This document shows, piece after piece, positions 53,054 through 64,000 of a DNA stretch of 64,000 nt (the first letter of the stretch is position 1; every line of letters begins with the position of its first letter). A program made the position numbers and the translations under genes. The notes beneath the pieces were generated by a model. The model saw only the letters and a program-made list of their open reading frames with translations, was not told where the DNA came from and did not search any database. Origin of the DNA: an uncultured SAR86 cluster bacterium (lineage in GTDB: Bacteria > Pseudomonadota > Gammaproteobacteria > Magnimaribacterales > AG-339-G14); assembly GCA_902529935.1 (NCBI GenBank), contig CABZYK010000001.1:92268-156267 (forward strand), given 5' to 3'.

Positions 53054-53533
53054 GTGGAACCAAACATCTATTCAATAAATTTTCAGGATTCAAAAGAAGC
53101 AGAAAAAAACTTAGAAGAATACAAAGGAAAGTATATTTTGATAGTTAATGTAGCTAGTAAATGTGGTCTTACACCGCAGTACGAAGGCCTTAAACAAATT
53201 CAGGATTCATATGAGAAAGATTTGCAAGTTATTGGTTTCCCTTGCAACCAATTCATGGGTCAAGAACCAGGTACCGATGAGGAAATTCAAACTTTTTGTA
53301 AAACGAAGTACGATGTTAATTTTCCTGTAATGAAAAAAATTGAAGTAAATGGGTCAAATACCCATCCGCTTTATGAATATTTAAAATCAGAAAAAACTGG
53401 AATTTTAACCGAAGCCATTAAGTGGAATTTTACAAAGTTTTTAGTTGATAGAGATGGGAACGTTATAAAAAGGTATTCACCTCAAACGGAACCTAGCGAG
53501 ATTGAAGAAGAACTTAAAGACATTATCGAGTAG
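53054..53533 (+). CDS. Glutathione peroxidase family (Cys type)
   Basis: 'NVASKCGLT', 'GFPCNQF', 'KWNFTKFL'; GTG start. Confidence 0.95.
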   Translation: MEPNIYSINFQDSKEAEKNLEEYKGKYILIVNVASKCGLTPQYEGLKQIQDSYEKDLQVIGFPCNQFMGQEPGTDEEIQTFCKTKYDVNFPVMKKIEVNGSNTHPLYEYLKSEKTGILTEAIKWNFTKFLVDRDGNVIKRYSPQTEPSEIEEELKDIIE

Positions 53534-53992
53534 GAGAATAATTACAGGCTTGCTTAGATTTTTTTGCATAATTAATCCATCCTCTCTACCAAAATTTAAT
53601 TTGTAATAATTCTTTCTTACTCCTGCTTCCTGAAAACCATTTCGACGATAAAACTTAATAGCTCTTTGGTTTGATTCTCTAACCTCTAAAAAAATTCTTT
53701 TTTTAAAAGTATATTTTGATTGATCTACAACCCTTTTTAGCAACTTATAACCAATTGATTTACCAATAAATTGTGGAGCGACAGAAATATTTAATAAATG
53801 GATTTCATCCATCACATACTGATAGATGACATACCCATTAACTTTACCGTCAATAGTAACCACATCAGCTTTGCTAAATCTTAAGGCATCATAAAAATTA
53901 TTTTCAGACCAAGGAGTTTCATTAGTTAGTGACTCTATACCATGGACATAGTAGATATCATTTTTATTCATAGGTCTGAAATTAATTTTCAT
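53477..53992 (-). CDS. rimI: Ribosomal-protein alanine acetyltransferase RimI
   Basis: 'DEIHLLNISV', 'LEVRESN..AI.FY..GF...G.RKNYY', 'REDGLIM'. Confidence 0.92.
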   Translation of the reverse strand: MKINFRPMNKNDIYYVHGIESLTNETPWSENNFYDALRFSKADVVTIDGKVNGYVIYQYVMDEIHLLNISVAPQFIGKSIGYKLLKRVVDQSKYTFKKRIFLEVRESNQRAIKFYRRNGFQEAGVRKNYYKLNFGREDGLIMQKNLSKPVIILLLDNVFKFFFNLARFRLR

Positions 53993-54251
53993 TTTTCCAA
54001 GCTTGTTTCCTCATTTGAGAATTTTCCAATAATTCAGATAACTTCAATGATTTAGAATTTAGAAAATCTAATGCTGTTTCGTTATCTTTAGTGAAATTAT
54101 TTAGATAATAATCCAATGATTTTAAAAACTGATCATTGCCTTCGCTTTCATCACTTTTATCGACTGCCTTTACTTTGTTATCTACAAATATAAAATCCTC
54201 AACCAATTCATAAGTTGAGATACCCATTTTGTTTAAAGTCTCTTTATTCAT
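53982..54251 (-). CDS. Hypothetical 89-aa protein; candidate minimal DNA polymerase III psi subunit
   Basis: 'LNKMGISTYEL' and 'LSELLENSQMRKQAW' resemble HolD termini; upstream of rimI. Confidence 0.55.
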   Translation of the reverse strand: MNKETLNKMGISTYELVEDFIFVDNKVKAVDKSDESEGNDQFLKSLDYYLNNFTKDNETALDFLNSKSLKLSELLENSQMRKQAWKNEN

Positions 54252-54299
54252 TTATCATTCGTTATGAATAGTATAATAATTTATAAATTGGTTATTTAA

Positions 54300-56929
<2,630 letters not shown>

Positions 56930-57883
56930 TTACTCGATGGCTCCGTAGCTCATAATTTTCTTATGTCTTTCATTAAGAAGATCCGAAATATTAAGGGACG
57001 AACATTTTTCGAGCTGCTCAGAAATGTGGTCTGAAAGCACAGAACTCATTTTTTGAATATCTCTGTGTGCACCGCCTAAAGGCTCATCGATGATTTTATC
57101 TATCAAACTTAACTCTAGAAGATTGGAAGCGTCTAATTTCATTGCTTTTGCGGCATCCTCTGCTTTTGAAGAATCTCTCCAAACTATCGACGCGCAAGCT
57201 TCTGGAGAAGCCACAGAATAAATAGAGTACTCTAACATTGATATATTATCTCCGACTCCAATTGCCAAAGCTCCGCCAGAACCGCCCTCTCCGGTAATAA
57301 TTACAATAATTGGTGTTTTAAGTTTGGACATAACACTTAAGTTGTAAGCTATGGCTTGTGAATTGCCTCTTTCTTCACTTTCTATGCCAGGATAAGCTCC
57401 AGGAGTATCGATAAATGTAATAACCGGCATAGAAAAATCTTCTGCAAGCTTCATTAACCTGGCTGCTTTTCTATAACCTTCAGGTTGTGACATGCCAAAA
57501 TTTCTTTCTATCTTATCTTTTGTGTCTTTACCTTTTTCATGGCCGATAAGCATCACAGGTTTTCCTTTGAAAGTAGCGGTCCCTCCAATTATTGCCCTAT
57601 CATCACCAAAGTTTCTATCGCCATGATGTTCATCAAAATTATGAAATATTTTTTCTATGTAATCGCTAAAATGCGGCCTGTGGGGATGTCTCGCAACTTG
57701 AACTTTTTGCCATATGGAAAGATTTGAATATAGCTCCTTGGTTATTTTTATAATTTCTTTATTAAGAGAATTAACTTGGCTTTGAATTACATCCGGCTGT
57801 TCTTGGCTGGAGCGCAGATCTTCAATCTTTTTTTCTAAAAGGCTGATTGGTTTTTCAAAATCTAAAAAAGAGTAGGACATCAT
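56930..57883 (-). CDS. accA: Acetyl-CoA carboxylase carboxyltransferase alpha
   Basis: 'FLDFEKP', 'ARHPHRP', 'DTPGAYPG', 'GEGGSGGA'. Confidence 0.98.
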   Translation of the reverse strand: MMSYSFLDFEKPISLLEKKIEDLRSSQEQPDVIQSQVNSLNKEIIKITKELYSNLSIWQKVQVARHPHRPHFSDYIEKIFHNFDEHHGDRNFGDDRAIIGGTATFKGKPVMLIGHEKGKDTKDKIERNFGMSQPEGYRKAARLMKLAEDFSMPVITFIDTPGAYPGIESEERGNSQAIAYNLSVMSKLKTPIIVIITGEGGSGGALAIGVGDNISMLEYSIYSVASPEACASIVWRDSSKAEDAAKAMKLDASNLLELSLIDKIIDEPLGGAHRDIQKMSSVLSDHISEQLEKCSSLNISDLLNERHKKIMSYGAIE

Positions 57884-60800
57884 CCTCTATGATACATAAG
57901 TTCTAAATTATCTCTTCCATAAGTATTTAGAAGAGCTTTCATGGTGTTATTAGTCAACAAGATTCTCCTATCCTCATCGAATTCTATTTCTGCTTCTGAT
58001 TTTTTTGAAGTGTATTTCAGCTCGACAGGACAACCAATTGAAGATTCTGTATCAAGGTCGTCGAGCAATCTTTTGAAGCTCTCAATGTTAGACTTTTTTG
58101 ATTCAATCAAAGATATTCTTAATTTTTCTACCATCCTGATTCTTAAGTTTTCTAAAGTATTGATATTAGTGACTTCAATTTTTTTTGCTAATCCGTACAA
58201 AACTTCTCGAGAATTATCTACAGTAACCTTGCCGTCCACAATAAAAATATCTTTGTTATTTAATTCAACCTGCATTGATTGCATTACATCAGAACCCAAA
58301 ATAATCTCTATTTTTTCAGTTCCGTCATCTAACGTTGCAAATGTTACCGGACCTCTTCTGCCTTGAATTGTCCTTTTGGTAGTTATAACACCTGCACACC
58401 TTTGAATATTCTTATCTTCATTGAGACTAGAAATCCTATTAGGGCAAATTTGCTCAATTTCCCATTTATATTCATCCATAGGATGGCATGAAAAATAAAA
58501 TCCTAAAGAGTTTAGCTCTCCCAGAGACTTATCAAATTCAATAGCTTTTGCTTTTGTGATGGGAATAACATTAGGCAGTTCAACGTCACCGAATAAATCA
58601 TCAATTCCGCTTTTTTTCTCTTCAGACACCTGTTTAGCAAACTTCAAAGCAGATTCAATATTCACAAACATCTCTTCCCTGCTAGATTGAAATGAATCCA
58701 TTGAGCCAGATGCAATCAGCGGTTCTAGAGCTCTTTTTCCTACTTTTTCTGTATCAATACGACTAGAAAAATCCGAGAGTGTCTTAAAGTTACCTTTTAA
58801 GGTTCTATTATCAATTATGCTTTCGATAGCAGACTTACCAACTCCCTTTATTGCTCCCAATCCATACATAAGTGTTTCATTATCTATATTCCTGAATTCA
58901 TAAAAACTTGAATTAATGTCAGGCGGCAAAACTTTAAGGCCCAAAAGCTTGCAGTCATCAAGAAGCATCTGAATCTTATCAGTATCGTCCATTTCTGAAC
59001 TTAAGACAGCAGACATAAACTCTGCTGGATAGTGGGCTTTTAACCATGCTGTCTGATAGGAAATAAAGGCATAAGCTGCAGAATGAGACCTGTTAAAACC
59101 ATAGCCAGCAAATTTTTCAATTTGATCAAATAATCCTTCTGCAAATCTTTTATTTTTTCCTTTTTCAATTGCGCCTGTTATAAAGGGTTCTTTTTGTTCT
59201 TCCATCTCAGAAGCTATTTTCTTTCCCATTGCTCTTCTAAGAATATCTGCCTCACCAAGCGTAAAACCGGAGAATTCCTGAGCCAATTGCATAACTTGTT
59301 CTTGATAAACAATCACACCGTGAGTTTTATCAAGTATTTTTTCAACTGATTCGTCTCCATAAGAGAATTCTTCTCTTCCATGCTTTCTTTCAATATAAGT
59401 TTCAACCATGTTCATTTCTAAAGGACCAGGTCTGTATAAGGCAATCAAGGTAATAATATCTTCAAAGTTATTCGGTTTTAGCTTTACTATGTACTCTTTA
59501 ATGCCCCGTGATTCCAATTGGAAAACAGCAGTAGTTAAGCCTTTTTGGAGAAGCTGATACGTCTTTGAATCATCAAGAGGAAGATCATCTAAATTAATTG
59601 GATCGAGTTTTAATGTCTGCCTGTTCTGATTAATTAGCTTCAGGGCATTTTTCATTATTGTTAAAGTTTTAAGACCTAAGAAATCGAATTTTTGCAATCC
59701 AACAAGTTCAATATCTTTCATATCATATTGAGTAGATACTGCACCGGTTTCCTCATCTAAGTAGAGAGCAGAAAAATCTGTTATTTTTGATGGAGCCATG
59801 ACAACGCCAGCAGCATGCTTTCCCACATTCCTTGATAAACCTTCAAGTTTCTGTGACATTTCAATAATTTCTTCTGCATCTTCATCATTTTTAATTGCTT
59901 GTTTTAATTCTTTGTTTTGCAATGCAGTTTTTAGTGTCATATCAGGATGAAAAGGGATTAATTTAGCGAGACGATCTGCAAGGCTATAGGATTTTCCTTG
60001 AGCTCTTGCCACATCTCTTACAACTGCTCTAGCAGCCATAGTGCCTAAGGTGCTTATTTGAGCAACAGAATCTTGTCCGTATTTATTTGTAACGTATTCA
60101 ATTACTTTCTCTCTACCATCCTTACAAAAATCTATATCAAAATCTGGATTACTAATTCGGTCAGGATTAAGAAATCTTTCAAACAAAAGATCATATTTGA
60201 TTGGATCTAATCCTGTTATTCCTATGGCATATGCAACTAATGATCCAGCTCCAGATCCCCTCCCAGGACCGACAGGAACATCATTCTCTTTAGCCCAGTT
60301 AACAAAATCTGCAACAATTAAAAAGTAGCCTGAATATCCCATCTTTTGGATTACACTTAATTCAAAATCTAGTCTTAATAAATAATCTTCCTTAACTTCG
60401 TCACCAAAAATTTTATGCAGGCCTTCGATAGATATTTTTTTTAGGTAATCATCTTCTGTTTCACCGTTAGGTGTCTCAAAATCAGGAAGAATATATTTGC
60501 CTAGCTCAATTACAAGGTTACATTTTTGAGAAATCAAATAAGAATTTTCTAGAGCTTCTGGTATATCCTCAAACAACTCAAACATTTCATCTGTAGATTT
60601 GAAATATTGAGTTGATAAGTAATTCTTTTTTCTAGCAGGATCGCTTAGAACATTTCCATTTTGAATACATACTCTAGTTTCATGAGCTTCAAATTCTTCT
60701 TCTTCCATGAATCTAACCTGATTGGTTGCTGCAAGAGGTATTTTTGCTTTGGCCGCCATAGAAGAAACAATATTGATGTAATCTTCTTCCCTTTCCCTTC

Positions 60801-61317
60801 CTAACCTGGAAATCTCAATGAAGAAATCCTCATTAAATATTTTTTTAAAAAAATCTATTCTTGCTTCGGCTAGCTCAAAATTATTTTTTAGAATTGCATC
60901 AGCGATGTGTCCTTCCATGTCTCCAGATAATAAAATTAATCCTTCATTTAAATCTTTAAGCCACTCCAATTTAAGATGAGGTATCGATCTAATTCTTCCT
61001 TCTATATGGGATTTGGAAACTAACTTTGTTAGGTTTCTATAACCTTCAAAATTTTTTGCATAAAGAGTTAATTTGCCAGACTCAGAATTATCGCTAATGT
61101 CTTTCACTGAATTAAAATTTACCCCACAGATTGGCTTAATGCCTTTGTCGCGCATTTCTTTATAAAATTTTACAAATCCAAATAAATTTGAATCATCTGT
61201 TATTGCAATAGATTCAAAATTTAAATCTTTTGCTTTGCTCGAAAGCTCATCTAATCTCACTAGGCCATCAGAGATTGAGTATTGAGAATGTATATTTAAG
61301 TGTGAAAATTTATTCAT
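57880..61317 (-). CDS. dnaE: DNA polymerase III alpha subunit
   Basis: PHP domain, 'GPGRGSGAGS', 'PDFDIDF', 'KFDFLGL', 'YGFNRSHS'. Confidence 0.99.
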   Translation of the reverse strand: MNKFSHLNIHSQYSISDGLVRLDELSSKAKDLNFESIAITDDSNLFGFVKFYKEMRDKGIKPICGVNFNSVKDISDNSESGKLTLYAKNFEGYRNLTKLVSKSHIEGRIRSIPHLKLEWLKDLNEGLILLSGDMEGHIADAILKNNFELAEARIDFFKKIFNEDFFIEISRLGREREEDYINIVSSMAAKAKIPLAATNQVRFMEEEEFEAHETRVCIQNGNVLSDPARKKNYLSTQYFKSTDEMFELFEDIPEALENSYLISQKCNLVIELGKYILPDFETPNGETEDDYLKKISIEGLHKIFGDEVKEDYLLRLDFELSVIQKMGYSGYFLIVADFVNWAKENDVPVGPGRGSGAGSLVAYAIGITGLDPIKYDLLFERFLNPDRISNPDFDIDFCKDGREKVIEYVTNKYGQDSVAQISTLGTMAARAVVRDVARAQGKSYSLADRLAKLIPFHPDMTLKTALQNKELKQAIKNDEDAEEIIEMSQKLEGLSRNVGKHAAGVVMAPSKITDFSALYLDEETGAVSTQYDMKDIELVGLQKFDFLGLKTLTIMKNALKLINQNRQTLKLDPINLDDLPLDDSKTYQLLQKGLTTAVFQLESRGIKEYIVKLKPNNFEDIITLIALYRPGPLEMNMVETYIERKHGREEFSYGDESVEKILDKTHGVIVYQEQVMQLAQEFSGFTLGEADILRRAMGKKIASEMEEQKEPFITGAIEKGKNKRFAEGLFDQIEKFAGYGFNRSHSAAYAFISYQTAWLKAHYPAEFMSAVLSSEMDDTDKIQMLLDDCKLLGLKVLPPDINSSFYEFRNIDNETLMYGLGAIKGVGKSAIESIIDNRTLKGNFKTLSDFSSRIDTEKVGKRALEPLIASGSMDSFQSSREEMFVNIESALKFAKQVSEEKKSGIDDLFGDVELPNVIPITKAKAIEFDKSLGELNSLGFYFSCHPMDEYKWEIEQICPNRISSLNEDKNIQRCAGVITTKRTIQGRRGPVTFATLDDGTEKIEIILGSDVMQSMQVELNNKDIFIVDGKVTVDNSREVLYGLAKKIEVTNINTLENLRIRMVEKLRISLIESKKSNIESFKRLLDDLDTESSIGCPVELKYTSKKSEAEIEFDEDRRILLTNNTMKALLNTYGRDNLELMYHRG

Positions 61318-61867
61318 TTAGAAATTGCTTAATTGGACTGAAAGATTTTCTATGAATATTTGTGACTCCATATTTCTTAATCATACTCTTATGAAGTTTG
61401 GTTGAGTAACCTTTATGTCTGTCAAAAAAATAGCCTTTAAATTTATTTTCTAGTTCTGTCATGTATTCATCTCTATAGACTTTTGCAATTATAGAAGCGG
61501 CCATTACTTCTCTAATTTTAGTGTCTGCTTTAATTATAAATTCTACAGATTTATCATTAAAGAAATTATCGTTTCCATCAATAATTATTTTTGAAAAAGG
61601 TTTTTTTACTTTGCTTATTGCCCTTATCATTGAAAGCTTAGTAGCTTCCCGGATATTATATTTATCTATTTCCTCTACAGAAGATAATCCAATTGACCAC
61701 TCAAGAGATAGTTCCTTAATTTGATTAGAAAATTCTATACGTTTTTTTTCTGAAAGATCTTTAGAGTCCTTAAGCCCAAAGATTTTATTTTCTCCTAAAA
61801 TAACCGCAGCAGACACAACCGGACCGGCGATGGATCCTCTTCCAACTTCGTCTACTCCAAGAATCAT
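61310..61867 (-). CDS. rnhB: Ribonuclease HII
   Basis: 'GVDEVGRG', 'DSK', 'AASIIAKV.RD', 'HRKSF'. Confidence 0.97.
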   Translation of the reverse strand: MILGVDEVGRGSIAGPVVSAAVILGENKIFGLKDSKDLSEKKRIEFSNQIKELSLEWSIGLSSVEEIDKYNIREATKLSMIRAISKVKKPFSKIIIDGNDNFFNDKSVEFIIKADTKIREVMAASIIAKVYRDEYMTELENKFKGYFFDRHKGYSTKLHKSMIKKYGVTNIHRKSFSPIKQFLNE

Positions 61868-62979
61868 ACTAAATCAAAAAGACAGTTAAATTTATCTTCT
61901 TGATTTACTTTCAAAGAATTATGAATTTCATGGAATTTCGTTTTTATCCGATCTAAGTTGGTGGCCTCGCTCATATTAAGCAGCTCTTTTTCTATTTGAT
62001 CGGCATTTACAAAACCTTGTCTCAATTCTGGGATTAATTTCCTCTCTGCAAGGATATTCGGGAGTGAAATGTATTTTGTATTTAAAAATTGATTTAAAAG
62101 AAAGTTATTAAAAAAATTTGTTTTGTAACAAACTACTGGAGGAGCCTGATTTAAAAGGCACTCAAGAGTAGCTGTACCAGACACACTAACTGCTATGTCA
62201 GTCGCAGCAAGAACTGAATCTGTCTTGTCGATAAATATTTTGTAAGTTTTTGATTTTAAATTACCTAAATTCCTCGAAATTTCGTTTTCATCCTTAAAGG
62301 GAATTAAAAATTGATAATCTCCCCTTTTACTCAGAGAGTTAATCGTTTCAATCATCACGGGCAAATGAGCATTGATTTCAGATTTTCTGCTCCCAGGTAA
62401 AAAAGAAAGTGTTTTTAGATCAGGGTCTAAGTCTAATTCAAATTTATATTTTAATTTATCAATATTAGTTGAAATGCGAGATGCTTTAGGATGACCTACA
62501 AAAACTGAATTAACGCTGAAATTTTGAAGAAACCTTTTCTCAAAAGGGAATAAATTTAAAACGAGATCTAAAAAATCATTAAATTTTTTAGCTCTGTTCG
62601 ATCTCCATGCCCAAACCTGAGGACAAACATACTGCACTGTTTTGATATTAGACTTTTTTTTTAAAATTCTGGAAATTCCTAAATTTAATGATGGGCTGTC
62701 GATTCCTATAAAGATATCTATATTTTTATCTATTAGGTGATCTATTAGTTCGTTTCTTTTTTTAAGAATTCTATTTATCCTAAATATTGGATCAATCAGT
62801 CCCATTACTTGAAATTCTTCATTTGAATCAAATGAATTAAAACCTTCTTTTCTCATTTCAGAGCCGCCTAGGCCAAAAAACTCTATTAACGGATCTTTAG
62901 ATTTAAGGTTTCTAATTAAGTCTGAACCGAGAATATCTCCAGATGACTCCGTGGCACATAACCCCACTTTCAATGGCAT
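61864..62979 (-). CDS. lpxB: Lipid-A-disaccharide synthase
   Basis: 'ESSGD', 'IDSP', 'PQVWAWR', 'PGSR.SE', 'SGTATLE'. Confidence 0.96.
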   Translation of the reverse strand: MPLKVGLCATESSGDILGSDLIRNLKSKDPLIEFFGLGGSEMRKEGFNSFDSNEEFQVMGLIDPIFRINRILKKRNELIDHLIDKNIDIFIGIDSPSLNLGISRILKKKSNIKTVQYVCPQVWAWRSNRAKKFNDFLDLVLNLFPFEKRFLQNFSVNSVFVGHPKASRISTNIDKLKYKFELDLDPDLKTLSFLPGSRKSEINAHLPVMIETINSLSKRGDYQFLIPFKDENEISRNLGNLKSKTYKIFIDKTDSVLAATDIAVSVSGTATLECLLNQAPPVVCYKTNFFNNFLLNQFLNTKYISLPNILAERKLIPELRQGFVNADQIEKELLNMSEATNLDRIKTKFHEIHNSLKVNQEDKFNCLFDLV

Positions 62980-63749
62980 TAGCGAACTATTCCTCGATCA
63001 GAACTTTGAATTGAATCAAGAAAAAGTTTTCCTTCATCAAAATCGGATACTTCTTTTTCAATCTCAGAGATGGCTTGATCAAGTTTAAGTTTTCTTAAAT
63101 ATACAAGCTTATAGAATTTTTTTAACAGTGATGACTGATCTTTTCCAAGATCTAATCTTTGTATTCCAATTACATTCAGTCCTCTTGGTATGGCAGGATT
63201 TCCACTAACTCTTACAAATGCGGGAATATCTTTTGAAACTGCAGATCCCATGGCACAAAAACTATATGGGCCAATATTGCAAAATTGATGAACTAAAGTA
63301 TATCCGCCTAACCTTGCACCTTTTGCAATATTTACAACTCCAGCTAAAGCAACATTATTAACTAAAACAATATCATCATCTAAAGTGCAATCATGAGCCA
63401 CATGAGAATAAGCCATAAAGAGATTATTATTTCCAATTGATGTTAAACCTTTCTCTTGGGCAGTCCCTCTATTTATGGTAACTCCCTCTCGGATTTGGTT
63501 GTTGTTACCAATATTGAGGAAAGTTTCTTCATCCTCGTATTTTAAATCTTGAGGATCTCCTCCAATGCTTGCAAAAGGATATATATGATTGTCTTTTCCA
63601 AGCTTTGAATTTTTATGAATGACTACATTTGATTCTATTATGGTTCCTGAACCAATCTCTACATCTTTACCGATAGATGAATACGCACCAATGGAGGCAT
63701 TTTTAGCGATCTTTGCTGAGGGATCAATTATTGCAGTTTCATGAATCAT
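62979..63749 (-). CDS. lpxA: UDP-N-acetylglucosamine O-acyltransferase
   Basis: Hexapeptide repeats, 'PQDLKY', 'HVAHDC'; start MIHETA overlaps the fabZ stop. Confidence 0.97.
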   Translation of the reverse strand: MIHETAIIDPSAKIAKNASIGAYSSIGKDVEIGSGTIIESNVVIHKNSKLGKDNHIYPFASIGGDPQDLKYEDEETFLNIGNNNQIREGVTINRGTAQEKGLTSIGNNNLFMAYSHVAHDCTLDDDIVLVNNVALAGVVNIAKGARLGGYTLVHQFCNIGPYSFCAMGSAVSKDIPAFVRVSGNPAIPRGLNVIGIQRLDLGKDQSSLLKKFYKLVYLRKLKLDQAISEIEKEVSDFDEGKLFLDSIQSSDRGIVR

Positions 63750-64000
63750 TTTGGTCTGTCTGCACATAGAATCGTGGCAGAACAAACTAAATTCTCTTCC
63801 AATGAGGCCTTGCAGTCAAACTTCCATATGCCGCGCCTATCCTGAATTTTCTTTGATTCTAATGTCAATATACTTGGAGGAACTACTGGAGATCTAAAAC
63901 GAACATTATCAGCTCCAACAAAGTAGTAAATTGAACCCTCTTCAGGGGTCTTATTCATAGTAACAAAACCTAAAATTCCAGATACTTGAGCTAATGCCTC
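63746..64000 (-). CDS. fabZ: 3-hydroxyacyl-ACP dehydratase FabZ (5' part outside the window)
   Basis: Frame open to the edge: 'EALAQVSGILG...VRFRSPVVP'. Confidence 0.93.
   Translation of the reverse strand, partial: EALAQVSGILGFVTMNKTPEEGSIYYFVGADNVRFRSPVVPPSILTLESKKIQDRRGIWKFDCKASLEENLVCSATILCADRPK

Noticed and set aside
53150-53170. Possible selenocysteine in the glutathione peroxidase
   Set aside because: Active-site codon is TGT (Cys).
53477-53533. RimI C-terminal extension
   Set aside because: It is read from the antisense of the peroxidase 3' end; most likely a by-product of overlap.
57880-61317. Intein or insertion in dnaE
   Set aside because: Normal length (1145 aa) and no splicing motifs seen.

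Overview
AT-rich, very compact chromosomal segment of a streamlined gammaproteobacterium. Gene order, minimal spacers and protein content suggest a marine SAR86-like lineage; this is inference, not a database result. The window is almost entirely core genes: mgtE, mreBCD, gatCAB, prfA-prmC-moeB, a lolB-position lipoprotein-ispE-tRNA-Gln-prs-rplY-pth-ychF-tRNA-Met run, a long minus-strand run (carAB-greA-rlmE-ftsH-folP-glmM-tpiA-secG-tRNA-Leu-tRNA-fMet-rimP-nusA-infB-rbfA-truB-rpsO-pnp), map-dapC-dapD, lptFG/pepA-holC-valS, rimI/leuA and fabZ-lpxA-lpxB-rnhB-dnaE-accA-tilS. I saw no mobile elements, CRISPR arrays or rRNA. Best leads: (1) a ~110-bp carA leader combining a pyrC-like start-site window, an AUG-sequestering hairpin, an 8-codon leader ORF and an intrinsic terminator, a candidate compact pyrimidine-sensing switch; (2) a signal-peptide-less GH84 O-GlcNAcase-like gene coupled to prfA-prmC-moeB; (3) a small lipoprotein plus Cys-rich FN3 secreted protein module; (4) an 89-aa candidate minimal HolD; (5) an unannotated 53-aa membrane protein after dapD.
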